A stretch of DNA of 64,000 bases from Shigella phage ESh25. The DNA is taken from sequence record ON528735, one strand, 5' to 3'. The notes beneath the pieces were generated by a model. The model worked only from the letters and a program-made list of their open reading frames with translations, ran no database searches and was not told where the DNA came from. Within the stretch, counting starts at the first letter, position 1. Every line of letters begins with the position of its first letter. Position numbers and translations under genes: made by a program. Positions 18,180 through 28,206 of this stretch are shown one piece after another.

Positions 18180-18761
18180 CTAACCGAGCTTTTTAGTTAA
18201 TTCATTCCAATGTTTTCTGCACAAAGAAACATAAATTTCATCACCAATACAGATTTGATTACCTTCTTTAACCGGTGTTCCATCTTCCATTAATCGAGCT
18301 GTCATAATAGCCTTTTTACCACAATGACAAACTGCCTTTAGTTCAATAAGTTTATCTGCAATCGCCAAAAGTTCTTTAGAACCTTCAAATAATTTTCCAG
18401 CGAAATCAGTCCTTAGCCCATAAGCCATAACAGGAACATTATATGTATCAACAATTCGACTTAATTGATGCACCTGTTCAGTTTTTAAAAACTGAGCTTC
18501 ATCTACAAATACACAATGAATATCTTTTTGTGCTTCAGCCCATTTATAGAACTCGAAAATATCCATATCATCTGTAATAATATTCGCTTCCTGTTTAATT
18601 CCAATGCGAGAAACGACTTCACAGACAGAATCACGAGTATCAATAGCAGGCTTAAGAACTAATACACCCATTCCGCGTTCTTTATAATTATGTGCAGCAG
18701 TCAAAAGAGAAGCAGATTTTCCAGCATTCATTGCTGCGTAAGTAAAAATTAAACTCGCCAT
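18180..18761 (-). CDS. tk: thymidine kinase
   Basis: 193 aa, P-loop AMNAGKS and zinc-ribbon cysteines; recalled identity to T4 Tk. Confidence 0.95.
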   Translation of the reverse strand: MASLIFTYAAMNAGKSASLLTAAHNYKERGMGVLVLKPAIDTRDSVCEVVSRIGIKQEANIITDDMDIFEFYKWAEAQKDIHCVFVDEAQFLKTEQVHQLSRIVDTYNVPVMAYGLRTDFAGKLFEGSKELLAIADKLIELKAVCHCGKKAIMTARLMEDGTPVKEGNQICIGDEIYVSLCRKHWNELTKKLG

Positions 18762-18770
18762 ATCACCTTC

Positions 18771-18956
18771 TTAAAGCGTATTCACATAAGCTATTAATTC
18801 GTTTTCTTTCTTATCAAACCGATCAGCAAATTCTTCTTGCTGATCGGGAGATAGCGGGCCGTATTCATCATAAAAGGTGTTTGCTTCTGTATGCTCATCT
18901 AGAAGTTCATGGATAAGCTCAAACAATTTATCTTTTTGTTCTTTACTCAGACTCAT
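18771..18956 (-). CDS. hypothetical protein (61 aa; tk.1 position)
   Basis: Short acidic ORF upstream of tk. Confidence 0.5.
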   Translation of the reverse strand: MSLSKEQKDKLFELIHELLDEHTEANTFYDEYGPLSPDQQEEFADRFDKKENELIAYVNTL

Positions 18957-19126
18957 ATATTAATTTCCAGGAGTTTTAAAATAATTCGCTTTTGCTTAAA
19001 TATTTCCATAGTTAAATGACCAGTATCTTTTTGACCGATTCCAATGGCAAAACCTTTATTGACAGCGAGTTCAATTAAATTATCAAGCTCACGTAACACT
19101 TCATATTGTAACTCAAAACTATTCAT
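18953..19126 (-). CDS. hypothetical small protein (57 aa), below the ORF-track length cut-off
   Basis: ATG at 19126 to TGA at 18953; stop overlaps the next ATG (ATATGA coupling). Confidence 0.35.
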   Translation of the reverse strand: MNSFELQYEVLRELDNLIELAVNKGFAIGIGQKDTGHLTMEIFKQKRIILKLLEINI

Positions 19127-19350
19127 TTCGGTTTACCTTCTTTAACGAAATCAGGATAAGGATAAAATCCTGAATAAAATCCTTCACCTTTATGATTGAT
19201 GCATCCTTTATTAGAACAATAGCACCAATAATCGAAATCACAAGCCATTTCATCATTACATAAAGCAAAAACAACTGGCCATTCACACTTTTCGCAGTGG
19301 GCATTTTTAAGAATACTAGTTTGGCTCATAACCATGTAACCTTTAAACAA
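19123..19350 (-). CDS. hypothetical cysteine-rich protein (75 aa)
   Basis: Ten cysteines including CEKC and CYC pairs, zinc-binding-like. Confidence 0.5.
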   Translation of the reverse strand: MFKGYMVMSQTSILKNAHCEKCEWPVVFALCNDEMACDFDYWCYCSNKGCINHKGEGFYSGFYPYPDFVKEGKPK

Positions 19351-19538
19351 TATTCTTCTACATGTTGTTTACGACCTTTCCTATCAATAAAGGTATATTC
19401 AACGAATGTTCCAATATAGTCTTTATCTACATCATGTGGACTATTAATTGGGCATTTAGTACGGCAAATGCGTTCCCATTGACGAATAATTTCCACTTTG
19501 TTTTTAGGATCAAACGGATGCGGGTAATGTACTTTCAT
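19326..19538 (-). CDS. hypothetical protein (70 aa)
   Basis: Intact short ORF. Confidence 0.45.
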   Translation of the reverse strand: MKVHYPHPFDPKNKVEIIRQWERICRTKCPINSPHDVDKDYIGTFVEYTFIDRKGRKQHVEEYCLKVTWL

Positions 19539-19989
19539 AATCCACCACTATTAAATCAATATCAGGAGTAAACATGTCGATTAATTTAGAAACCTTATCC
19601 CAATCGCCGCCAGCAATACCGCAACCTATGCGTGGAATGTAAATTACTGGTTTAAACAAAAGGGTTTCTGCCTGTAGATTTAATTCTATCATGCAGTTTA
19701 CTAAAGCACCATAATCAAGATTAGGACCCGGTTCGTATTGTGTATACAGGTTATAGCATATACCAAATCCCGTAGGACTATGTTTAAAAACAATAGACAT
19801 ATCGCCTAATTTATCACGAGAACCGTACTCGGTAGTGGTTTTATCTATTTCTAAAATTTTGGGATAGGCTCTTGCTAATTGACCCGCTACGCCAGAGCCC
19901 ATTGTGTGGAAGCAATTGCACCCGTGCGCAATAATATTACCTTGAAGAAATAGGGCGACAATATCGCCCTTGATATATTTTACAATCAT
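19510..19989 (-). CDS. macro-domain-like protein (possible ADP-ribose-processing enzyme)
   Basis: 159 aa with N-terminal GDI...GNIIAHGCNC and glycine-rich GSGVAG motif resembling macro/Appr-1-p folds. Confidence 0.5.
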   Translation of the reverse strand: MIVKYIKGDIVALFLQGNIIAHGCNCFHTMGSGVAGQLARAYPKILEIDKTTTEYGSRDKLGDMSIVFKHSPTGFGICYNLYTQYEPGPNLDYGALVNCMIELNLQAETLLFKPVIYIPRIGCGIAGGDWDKVSKLIDMFTPDIDLIVVDYESTLPASV

Positions 19990-20327
19990 CTAGTACTCAA
20001 TCCTCGATTATAAGAATCTACTAAACGGTCAACCATTGAATGACAAGCGGCTTTATCTTTCTCCTCCGCAACTGAACATTCTAAAGTATTCCACTTTTTA
20101 GCATATCGTTTTAACAATGTATCATTTTTATATCTGCTTGATTTATCTCTTTCTCCGTCTTTATATGCATATATTAATTTCTGCGCAAATTCAGCTTGGC
20201 ATGCTTTATTTTTCCCACAATAATCCGCGGCAGTACGGTTTACATACTCTCTAATTTCAGTATATGATGTATCTGCTAACACAGAAAATGAAATTAATCC
20301 TATACATAAAACCAAAATTTTAGTCAT
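19986..20327 (-). CDS. small secreted/periplasmic protein (113 aa; vs position)
   Basis: N-terminal signal peptide-like segment MTKILVLCIGLISFSVLA. Confidence 0.55.
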   Translation of the reverse strand: MTKILVLCIGLISFSVLADTSYTEIREYVNRTAADYCGKNKACQAEFAQKLIYAYKDGERDKSSRYKNDTLLKRYAKKWNTLECSVAEEKDKAACHSMVDRLVDSYNRGLSTR

Positions 20328-20865
20328 TTACTATTTCCAAAAGTTTATTATTTTTAAGGTAATTAGCCTTTTCTAGGACTTCAGAAGCATATTTAGAACC
20401 TGCTTTAACATTCCATCCCGAATTATAAGAGGATATTGCTTTTCTTATATCGCCCTTATGTATATTTAACCAATAAGAAAGTTCAATGTACGCCCAGGAA
20501 GCTGAATTGGACCGTTTATTCAACATTCTTTTTATTTCAGCATCGGTCATATTATAACCAAGTTCCTTAACTCTTGCTCGCATAGTAGGCAAATAATTTT
20601 GGAACATTCCATAAGCGTGATGCTTTGGTTTAGATTTTAAATTAACTCCGCCAGAGCTTTCTTGCCATAAAATAGCAGCCATTATATGACCTAATCCGCT
20701 CTTGTGGATATTTTTGTGTGTTTTATATTTTCCATCCTTAGAAAATTGTTCCCCGAATTGATACGCGTAACGCATGTTATCGAGTTGGACATTACTGAAA
20801 GTATGCTCGGAGCTATGTGCCATCATTGAAATGGCCAATAGACCAGCGAGTAGTGCTTTTCTCAT
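20320..20865 (-). CDS. periplasmic lytic transglycosylase-like protein (vs.1 position)
   Basis: Signal peptide plus SLT-like QESSGG motif. Confidence 0.6.
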   Translation of the reverse strand: MRKALLAGLLAISMMAHSSEHTFSNVQLDNMRYAYQFGEQFSKDGKYKTHKNIHKSGLGHIMAAILWQESSGGVNLKSKPKHHAYGMFQNYLPTMRARVKELGYNMTDAEIKRMLNKRSNSASWAYIELSYWLNIHKGDIRKAISSYNSGWNVKAGSKYASEVLEKANYLKNNKLLEIVND

Positions 20866-20872
20866 GCTTACC

Positions 20873-21334
20873 TCATTGAGTTTTAATTACTGCTTTAGAA
20901 GCCTTTCCTGGTAAACGACGACTGTTGATAATTGCCATCCTACATTGAAGTGACGGGTTTTTGAACTTCTCATTAGGTTTACAAACCGTAAATCCAAGCC
21001 AAAGATTTCCATCTGTAATTTCCAAACGCCCAGGACGATATTCAACCCCATCAATAAAATCCTCGTCAATGTCAGGACGTGGAGGCATACTCAGGAATTC
21101 ATTAACTTCTAAAACATGGTCTTTTATTTTATGGAATAATTCAAAAACGTATGTCTCATCAATCTCCCGTTGAATTGCGCGATCAAGAAGATGTTGAGAA
21201 TATTTTAGATGAAACGATGAGACCCCTGCTGCTTTTGATGCCTCACGAATCTCATTGTTAATTTGACGAAACTCCGACTCAAAGTGACGACGGAGCTTAT
21301 TTCGACGGATAAAAACTTCTGTGTTGATAGTCAT
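20873..21334 (-). CDS. regB: RegB site-specific endoribonuclease
   Basis: 153 aa; recalled near-identity to T4 RegB; early promoter upstream. Confidence 0.9.
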   Translation of the reverse strand: MTINTEVFIRRNKLRRHFESEFRQINNEIREASKAAGVSSFHLKYSQHLLDRAIQREIDETYVFELFHKIKDHVLEVNEFLSMPPRPDIDEDFIDGVEYRPGRLEITDGNLWLGFTVCKPNEKFKNPSLQCRMAIINSRRLPGKASKAVIKTQ

Positions 21335-21361
21335 GTTATTCTCCTCTTAACTGATAGAAAA

Positions 21362-21391
21362 ATTATACCACAGTCAAGAGGAAAAGTAAAC
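21362..21391 (-). promoter_or_regulatory. T4-type early promoter (-35 GTTTAC, -10 TATAAT)
   Basis: GTTTAC at 21391-21386, TATAAT at 21367-21362. Confidence 0.55.
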
Positions 21392-21393
21392 AG

Positions 21394-21672
21394 TTATTCT
21401 TTAAATCTAATCAATTTATTCATAGACTTTGAAACTTCTGCACGAACCTCATGTAAGTTTTTAAGCTGTTCAAGACGCTGCTCATAGTAAGCAATTTCAT
21501 CTTCTTCGAGACAGTCCTGTGAATCTTCTTTAAGATAACGTGCATAGTCCTGAAAAGCTTTACGGACTACTTCCTGGAAGTCATCAAGACTTTGAATTTT
21601 CTTAGGAGCGGCAGATACACGACGAGGTGCAGTATAATACTCATAACCAAACCCTGCACTTAATTGAGCCAT
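21394..21672 (-). CDS. hypothetical protein (about 92 aa; vs.3 position)
   Basis: ATG at 21672 overlaps the upstream stop. Confidence 0.5.
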   Translation of the reverse strand: MAQLSAGFGYEYYTAPRRVSAAPKKIQSLDDFQEVVRKAFQDYARYLKEDSQDCLEEDEIAYYEQRLEQLKNLHEVRAEVSKSMNKLIRFKE

Positions 21673-21935
21673 TAGTATTTTTCCTCTGGTTGGAACACTG
21701 CACGACAAGCCCACATACTGGCTTCTTTGAGTTTCGTTTTAGCAATAGTTAACTGATCGAGGCTTTCAGCATAATTCTTCGCGAGTTCATCATCTTCACA
21801 ATTATCTAGTGCTTCCCAGAATTCATCGTATAAAGCGTCAAAGATAAGTCCTAAACGAACTTCAGCGTCTTTAATAGCATTTACTTTACCGATTTTTTTC
21901 GTCGGTATGTGGCTTATAACCTTTAATATCTTCAA
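21672..21935 (-). CDS. acb2: Vs.4-like protein; candidate anti-CBASS cyclic-oligonucleotide sponge (Acb2-like)
   Basis: 87 aa at the vs.4 position of T4 gene order; T4 Vs.4 is the described Acb2. Confidence 0.5.
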   Translation of the reverse strand: MKILKVISHIPTKKIGKVNAIKDAEVRLGLIFDALYDEFWEALDNCEDDELAKNYAESLDQLTIAKTKLKEASMWACRAVFQPEEKY

Positions 21936-22153
21936 TCATATTTGACTTCCTCACCAGTACATAAATCATATTCAACTAAACGAATAGGTTCATGAATGCC
22001 ATATCCTTGAACAGAAATTTCTGTCGTAGGATAAATTCCATTAATATCACCCATATTCCAGGCTTCATTAAATTGCTGTTCGCCTGAATTACTAAACCAC
22101 TCGGCGAAAGCATTTAGCACATCTTTAGAACCTTCAATAATTATCTTTGCCAT
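21932..22153 (-). CDS. hypothetical protein (73 aa; vs.5 position)
   Basis: Intact short ORF. Confidence 0.5.
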   Translation of the reverse strand: MAKIIIEGSKDVLNAFAEWFSNSGEQQFNEAWNMGDINGIYPTTEISVQGYGIHEPIRLVEYDLCTGEEVKYD

Positions 22154-22515
22154 TACAAACTCTCAGTAAAGGTACGAGCAATAACGTCGCGCTGCTGTTC
22201 CGGAGTCAGAGAGTTAAAGCGAACTGCATAACCGGATACACGGATGGTCAGCTGCGGATATTTTTCCGGATGCTTAACTGCATCTTCCAGAGTTTCGCGA
22301 CGCAGAACGTTAACGTTCAGGTGTTGACCACCTTCAATTTTAACTGTAGGCTGTTGCTCAATTTCAATTTCACGGGCATGCAAACCATAGAAAATTTCTG
22401 GGTCTACAAAAGAGTCCTCTTTAAAGGTTTTAGAGACAATAATTCGTGCTTGAATACCATCTTCAAAATAAATAGTACCTTTATGTGTGCCTTCAAGAAT
22501 TTGATATGCTTTCAT
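22153..22515 (-). CDS. autonomous glycyl radical cofactor (GrcA/YfiD-like)
   Basis: C-terminal 60 aa carry the RVSGYAVRF glycyl-radical motif; recalled near-identity to E. coli GrcA C-terminus. Confidence 0.85.
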   Translation of the reverse strand: MKAYQILEGTHKGTIYFEDGIQARIIVSKTFKEDSFVDPEIFYGLHAREIEIEQQPTVKIEGGQHLNVNVLRRETLEDAVKHPEKYPQLTIRVSGYAVRFNSLTPEQQRDVIARTFTESL

Positions 22516-22522
22516 ATAAACC

Positions 22523-22903
22523 TCAATTAGAAAATAAATTTATCCAAGATTGTTCTTTAATTAAAAATGGCTCAGAATCATATGCCATTAAACTTTGGGT
22601 GATTAGTCCTTTAAAAGGCCCATCAATAAATTCCATGGTAAAATATGGAATTTTATTCATTAGCCGTGCATTAGGAGCAGTACACAAAACTCTGCATCCT
22701 TTGAATACGCCTTTTTGTAATTTGTATTGCTTGGGATAAAATTCGCTCAAAATGTTATTATTTGCTAAAATTTCAAAATGATTCACCAATTTATTTTTAA
22801 TAGTTTTTGGCGAAAAATAAAGATATTCGAAAAGCTGAGTGTCTGTCATCATTGCATTCCGATTACGAAAAACTGTGGACGAGTAATACCACCAATGCAA
22901 CAT
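22523..22903 (-). CDS. hypothetical protein (126 aa; vs.7 position)
   Basis: Intact ORF. Confidence 0.5.
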   Translation of the reverse strand: MLHWWYYSSTVFRNRNAMMTDTQLFEYLYFSPKTIKNKLVNHFEILANNNILSEFYPKQYKLQKGVFKGCRVLCTAPNARLMNKIPYFTMEFIDGPFKGLITQSLMAYDSEPFLIKEQSWINLFSN

Positions 22904-23436
22904 TTAATATTACAGCAGCAGTGTACAGTGTCAATATGGACACTATAAATCTTATCCATATCAGGAGATTTGACAGGCTCATCAATTATATACAAAATTC
23001 GCGAAAGCGATAAACCTCTGAACTTGCTTCCTTTATTACCAATAAAACTGCGCACAGAATCAGTAAATAAACGAAAACGTATATCATCATTAGAATAACG
23101 CGAAAATTCCTTTTTAATATTATCTGCGGAAATTTTAGCGTAAGCTGAAGTATTAGAAAGAACAATAACTGTTCCACCGTCATACAACCAATTAGCGGCA
23201 AAATTAGTTACTGCAGTTGATTTACCAGATTGGCGTCCACCATCTAGTCGAAGTGTACAATATTGTTTAAGCAAGTCTTCAAATGGTGGGATATAATCGT
23301 TTTTACAAATTTCTTCTACTCTAGCATCAGAATGGTGTGTAAAAGCATTCATCAGGGATAGATAAGGACCAGTTAAAAATGTTCTCATTTTATTCTCTCT
23401 AAATTTGGGCCATTCCATGGCGCATGAATTGTCCAT
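22849..23436 (-). CDS. small P-loop NTPase-like protein (GRQSGKST); start uncertain (alternative ATG at 23388)
   Basis: Walker A GGRQSGKST and hhhhDEP Walker-B-like motif. Confidence 0.5.
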   Translation of the reverse strand: MDNSCAMEWPKFRENKMRTFLTGPYLSLMNAFTHHSDARVEEICKNDYIPPFEDLLKQYCTLRLDGGRQSGKSTAVTNFAANWLYDGGTVIVLSNTSAYAKISADNIKKEFSRYSNDDIRFRLFTDSVRSFIGNKGSKFRGLSLSRILYIIDEPVKSPDMDKIYSVHIDTVHCCCNIKCCIGGITRPQFFVIGMQ

Positions 23437-23533
23437 TTCTGTATTTACCCATTACCGCACTTGGGCTCGACCTTATTACAGGTTGGCGGGAATCCCTCAC
23501 AGAATCATGAGGTCCAGGTTATTCCCATGTTAT

Positions 23534-23950
23534 TTAAATGTAAATATTTTTGCCGTAATACTTATACCAGTGTGGCTTCATTAAAATTTTTTCATCGAGT
23601 CGTTGTTGACTCAACTTAATAGCTGATTTGCATGGATTATAATCATTTTTCCATTCTACTGGAATATCGCTGATGTCAGGAACTTCAGTATCTTTTATAC
23701 TGAACCCGCGTTTTAAGCATTCCGTTATAATGTCCGATTGACGCTTTCGCAAAAATTCTAACTTATCGTAAAAGAAAGTAACATGACCAGAACCTAAAAT
23801 AAATTTAGAAGATATTTTAAAATCTTTAACGCGCTTACCGTTTGCCACATGCTTACGAACTATACCAAAAACACGCGGCAATTCACGGTATTCTGCGATT
23901 AAATGTTGATCAGCAAGTTCAGATACTAAAGTCAAATTAATACGAGTCAT
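23534..23950 (-). CDS. denV: endonuclease V (pyrimidine dimer DNA glycosylase)
   Basis: 138 aa; recalled near-identity to T4 endo V. Confidence 0.95.
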   Translation of the reverse strand: MTRINLTLVSELADQHLIAEYRELPRVFGIVRKHVANGKRVKDFKISSKFILGSGHVTFFYDKLEFLRKRQSDIITECLKRGFSIKDTEVPDISDIPVEWKNDYNPCKSAIKLSQQRLDEKILMKPHWYKYYGKNIYI

Positions 23951-23974
23951 TTTATCCCTCCAAGTAACTGTGAA

Positions 23975-24005
23975 TATACTATCACAATTCTAGGAGAAAG
24001 TAAAC
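23975..24005 (-). promoter_or_regulatory. T4-type early promoter (-35 GTTTAC, -10 TAGTAT)
   Basis: GTTTAC at 24005-24000, TAGTAT at 23980-23975, in the 60-bp e-denV gap. Confidence 0.5.
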
Positions 24006-24009
24006 AACT

Positions 24010-24540
<531 letters not shown>

Positions 24541-24996
24541 TTAAAAGAGGCTGTTCATTATTCGGTAAAGTGAAGGACCCATCACATATTGCCACTGAGT
24601 ACGAGGAATAAGAGCAAAAGCATCCATCTCTGGAATCATAACACCATCTTTATTTTCAAAATAAGACTCGCAATGGCAATTTCTAAACATCTCATGCTCT
24701 ACTGGAATCGTATAATAAAACAGCTGTAAGTCTTTATTACTAGAATATTTAAATACACCTAGGTCTTCTAGAAGGTCTGGATTATAATTGCTAAAACCGG
24801 TCTCTTCTAAGCATTCTCTTCGTGCTGCATCTAGTGCGCTCAAATCAGAATTTTCTACACGGCCTTTTGGAATATCCCAGCGATGTGCCATCATTCCAGG
24901 CTTACGAGAACCAGTAACCCGTCCCATGAATAAATCTTTATCTTCTGTCATAAAGATAATACCAGCTGATAATGTTTTCATTTTAATTTCCTGCAT
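24541..24996 (-). CDS. nudE: Nudix hydrolase
   Basis: 151 aa with Nudix box (RRECLEETG). Confidence 0.9.
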   Translation of the reverse strand: MQEIKMKTLSAGIIFMTEDKDLFMGRVTGSRKPGMMAHRWDIPKGRVENSDLSALDAARRECLEETGFSNYNPDLLEDLGVFKYSSNKDLQLFYYTIPVEHEMFRNCHCESYFENKDGVMIPEMDAFALIPRTQWQYVMGPSLYRIMNSLF

Positions 24997-25376
24997 TCGG
25001 TGATAAAATTATTTAAATTTTGAGTATATTTCTTTTCATCAAAAATCTTTTGCTGCCTACGTAAACGCCATGGCATTTCAATGAACGTGTACCATATCCC
25101 AGATAATATTGCTGCTGTAAAAATATTAACAAGTATGGTTAAAATAATCCAATCTCCCGTTCTGTCTACTGGACTTTCTCCAAAGAAGCAAAATACAAAT
25201 GATGTCACAGGAAAACTAATAATATACCACAGAATCATAATCTTATCTGTGAACCAATCAGTGTTCGTTAATTTAGCGCGACCATTATGAATACACACGA
25301 ATTTATCATCTGTTGCAGTAGATGGCTTAACTGGTTGATATCCCATTCTAAACTCCCTAATCAGCAAATTTTTCAT
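24978..25376 (-). CDS. membrane protein (132 aa; e.2 position)
   Basis: Hydrophobic transmembrane segments. Confidence 0.55.
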   Translation of the reverse strand: MKNLLIREFRMGYQPVKPSTATDDKFVCIHNGRAKLTNTDWFTDKIMILWYIISFPVTSFVFCFFGESPVDRTGDWIILTILVNIFTAAILSGIWYTFIEMPWRLRRQQKIFDEKKYTQNLNNFITECRKLK

Positions 25377-25462
25377 ATCTTCGGAACAGCCATTCTAGTC
25401 AACTCTATCAACTGAAATGCCATCATCCCCATCATCTAAATCATACCAGCGAGTTTTTAAAA

Positions 25463-25837
25463 TCATTTGATTTTCCTACAATCATTCACGAATTCTTTCA
25501 TTGATTCATTTTCAATATAAGACATGTAGTTATTATATTCTTTTAATTGTATTTTGTAATCCTTTTTTCTTTGCCAATTTATTTTAAAATTATCATAATG
25601 AAAATATAAAATAATACCAAAGAATGAAAATAATGAAATCGCTATAGTATAATGAAGTTCACTCCAAACTTCTATTATATCTACTATACCGCTGACATTA
25701 CTGCGGATGTTTAAAATAATACAGTCAATCATTAATCCAATAAGACTACCAGCAAGAGCTGCAGCCAACGCCACAGCAAAAATTAAAAATGACTCAGAAA
25801 AAGAATATTTGACTTTATTTAGTTTTGGCTTTTGCAT
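25463..25837 (-). CDS. membrane protein (124 aa; e.3 position)
   Basis: Two or three predicted transmembrane helices. Confidence 0.55.
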   Translation of the reverse strand: MQKPKLNKVKYSFSESFLIFAVALAAALAGSLIGLMIDCIILNIRSNVSGIVDIIEVWSELHYTIAISLFSFFGIILYFHYDNFKINWQRKKDYKIQLKEYNNYMSYIENESMKEFVNDCRKIK

Positions 25838-26232
25838 CGTGATTCCTTAACAAATTTCATAATTTCGTTAAATTCATGCATATCTAATTTAAGCTGGTGT
25901 TCCTTTTTAATCTTTTTACACTGAGCTTTCCATTCACGTACACGTTTACGATAATGCCTTCCTTGATACCAATATCCTACCCAATTTACAGGTACCAATA
26001 AAAATGGAACTACTAATGGAAGAATTAATACTAACAAAAATATTACGCCAGATTCAATATCAGTCATAAAGTCTATAACCATTCCAACAACCAATAGAAT
26101 TACAAATGATATAGCTGTCACAGGACCTATTAATACATCAGTAGGAATTAGCTGACGCTTTAGTTCATACTTCACAGGTTTACTTGGAAGGTATAGTGAT
26201 GGCTTTGACATATTCTCTACATTCCTTAACAA
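25819..26232 (-). CDS. membrane protein (137 aa; e.4 position)
   Basis: Hydrophobic helices; basic C-terminus. Confidence 0.55.
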   Translation of the reverse strand: MLRNVENMSKPSLYLPSKPVKYELKRQLIPTDVLIGPVTAISFVILLVVGMVIDFMTDIESGVIFLLVLILPLVVPFLLVPVNWVGYWYQGRHYRKRVREWKAQCKKIKKEHQLKLDMHEFNEIMKFVKESRCKSQN

Positions 26233-26785
26233 ATTTTTCTAATAATAAATCGCTTTCAAAATTAGGATTTTCCACGAATTTATCAAAAAGATCATCAACG
26301 ATAGTTAAGATATTCTTTTTATTAAGAATACGCTTATTTTCATATTTTGTTTCAGAGTCAACTATAAGAGTAAAGAAATATTTCTTTCCCTGAAATTTTA
26401 CCGTAGTATCAATATAGAACAAATTTGACTTTTGTAAATTACGTTTAAACCATGCGTCACTTAAACTGTAAACGCCAAGATAATCATAATCGTCGTTTAA
26501 ATAACATACTGTCCATTCAGGAGAAATGAAATCAGTAAATTCAACATCAAAATCACATGTTAATGAATGAATTGATTCAATACTGTTAATAAGTATTCCA
26601 GGACGTATTAAAGACTTTTTACCTTTATAAAATCCAGAAAGACTTTCATCAGTTTCATATGAAGAACCCCAATAATAATTACGTCCTTCTGCCATACGTT
26701 TAAGAGCATTTAATAATTGGTCTGGAACATCAACTTGTCTTTGGAATTCTTCAAACATTGAATTGAAATCACTTTGCATTTTCAT
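26180..26785 (-). CDS. hypothetical protein (201 aa; e.5 position)
   Basis: Intact ORF. Confidence 0.6.
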   Translation of the reverse strand: MKMQSDFNSMFEEFQRQVDVPDQLLNALKRMAEGRNYYWGSSYETDESLSGFYKGKKSLIRPGILINSIESIHSLTCDFDVEFTDFISPEWTVCYLNDDYDYLGVYSLSDAWFKRNLQKSNLFYIDTTVKFQGKKYFFTLIVDSETKYENKRILNKKNILTIVDDLFDKFVENPNFESDLLLEKFVKECREYVKAITIPSK

Positions 26786-26827
26786 TCCTATTTACTCCAA
26801 GTAATAGGGGCCGAAGCCCCTTTATCA

Positions 26828-27421
26828 TTATTTCAGAGAATTAATGTATTCCTGAACATCAGCAGAGGTAGTTTCAACCCCAGAAATATTGCCATTAAAG
26901 GTTTCAACTCGGGCAAGAGTATCTTCAATATCAACCTTAGTCAGCGCTGCAATTTCAACTACATCATCAGCAGTACTAATTCCGAGGGCATTAGCGGCGC
27001 GAGTTTCACGGATATATTCCAATTTAACTGCAAGTTCTTGGCGAGCATCATCTAACTCAACTACTTTCTTGGCGATTTCAATTCGCATTTCAGCATAACC
27101 ATCAGCTTTAGTAGTCAACTGCTCAGCTGTTCGACGATATAGTAAACCGAGTTTAGCATGCATTGTTACATCTTGACCTTCCGAAAGAAGCTTGCGAATT
27201 TCACGCTCTTTTGATTCGGCCTGCTTATTCTTTTCGACAATAAGTTCACGAATACGCTTTTCTTCATTAATAGATTTAACAGAAGCAGTTTTTAGATCTT
27301 TAATCTTATCAAGTAGTTTTGCTGCTGCAGCAGTATACTGTTCTTCAACAGATAGATTTTTAGCCATAGCAGAACCAAGTTTAGTGCGAATAAACTCAAC
27401 AATTTTCTTCAGTGTGTTCAT
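26828..27421 (-). CDS. coiled-coil protein, PspA/IM30-like (197 aa; e.6 position)
   Basis: Long heptad-rich helical sequence; GC tetraloop hairpin downstream at 26807-26820. Confidence 0.55.
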
Positions 27422-27477
27422 AGTATTTCCTTAGGTTGGTATAATTAGATAATATCACGTTTTAATAGATTGTAAAC

Positions 27478-27813
27478 TTATTCTTCGTCTAGCTCATCGA
27501 TAAAGACGTTGATGGCCTCGATAACGGCATCATTGATAGCCAATAAAATAAAATCATCGTCAGTACCTTTAGAAGATTCTAAAGCATTGATATATGCTTG
27601 GTTGGCGAGTTCCCAAGCCTTTTTAAAATAAGGAGCTTCATCATCGGGGCCAACGAAACGTACGCCTTCAAAGATACGTTTGGCATAATCTAACACCCAT
27701 TGTACAGGCATGTTTTGAGAACGTTCGTTAAACTCTTTAAAGTCCTTAGATTCAAAAAGCTCTTCAGGATAATTATTTCTATTACAAAAAGCTTTACTAA
27801 AGTTACGTTTCAT
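27478..27813 (-). CDS. hypothetical protein (111 aa; e.7 position)
   Basis: Intact ORF with own early promoter. Confidence 0.55.
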   Translation of the reverse strand: MKRNFSKAFCNRNNYPEELFESKDFKEFNERSQNMPVQWVLDYAKRIFEGVRFVGPDDEAPYFKKAWELANQAYINALESSKGTDDDFILLAINDAVIEAINVFIDELDEE

Positions 27814-27839
27814 AATGTTTTCCTCATTTGTATAGGCTC

Positions 27840-27869
27840 ATAATATCTCAATCATGAGCCTATGTAAAC
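27840..27869 (-). promoter_or_regulatory. T4-type early promoter (-35 GTTTAC, -10 TATTAT)
   Basis: GTTTAC at 27869-27864, TATTAT at 27845-27840; -10 embedded in an 8-bp inverted repeat. Confidence 0.5.
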
Positions 27870-28145
27870 TTATTTCATATTATTGAAATATTCTTCTGCG
27901 ATTTCGTCGTTATCATGGTAAACTTTAGAAGACAGTTTAACATAACTTTCAGCAGTGAACATGTTAATCACAACCTTTACAGTATACCACTGACCGTCTT
28001 CATTGCCCATTACCGCATAAGTTTCAAACATCGGATGATCAGGACCGATAACTTTAATATCATTCACTGTACGACCGAAATCTTCTGAAACACATTTCAT
28101 AAAGAAGTTGAACAGTTCGCCGTAATTATCCATTTCGTTCTCCAA
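27870..28145 (-). CDS. hypothetical protein (91 aa; e.8 position)
   Basis: Intact ORF downstream of early promoter. Confidence 0.55.
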   Translation of the reverse strand: MENEMDNYGELFNFFMKCVSEDFGRTVNDIKVIGPDHPMFETYAVMGNEDGQWYTVKVVINMFTAESYVKLSSKVYHDNDEIAEEYFNNMK

Positions 28146-28176
28146 GTTGTTTTCTGTATCAGTAGTTGATAGTTGT

Positions 28177-28206
28177 ATAGTACCATGGAAGAACAGGGAT
28201 GTAAAC
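28177..28206 (-). promoter_or_regulatory. T4-type early promoter with conserved leader
   Basis: GTTTAC at 28206-28201, TACTAT at 28182-28177; same 20-mer as at 11968 and 13407. Confidence 0.6.

Noticed and set aside
19119-19304. 61-aa minus-strand ORF overlapping the cysteine-rich 75-aa ORF in another frame
   Set aside because: Hydrophobic low-complexity translation overlapping a better-supported ORF; treated as a frame artefact.
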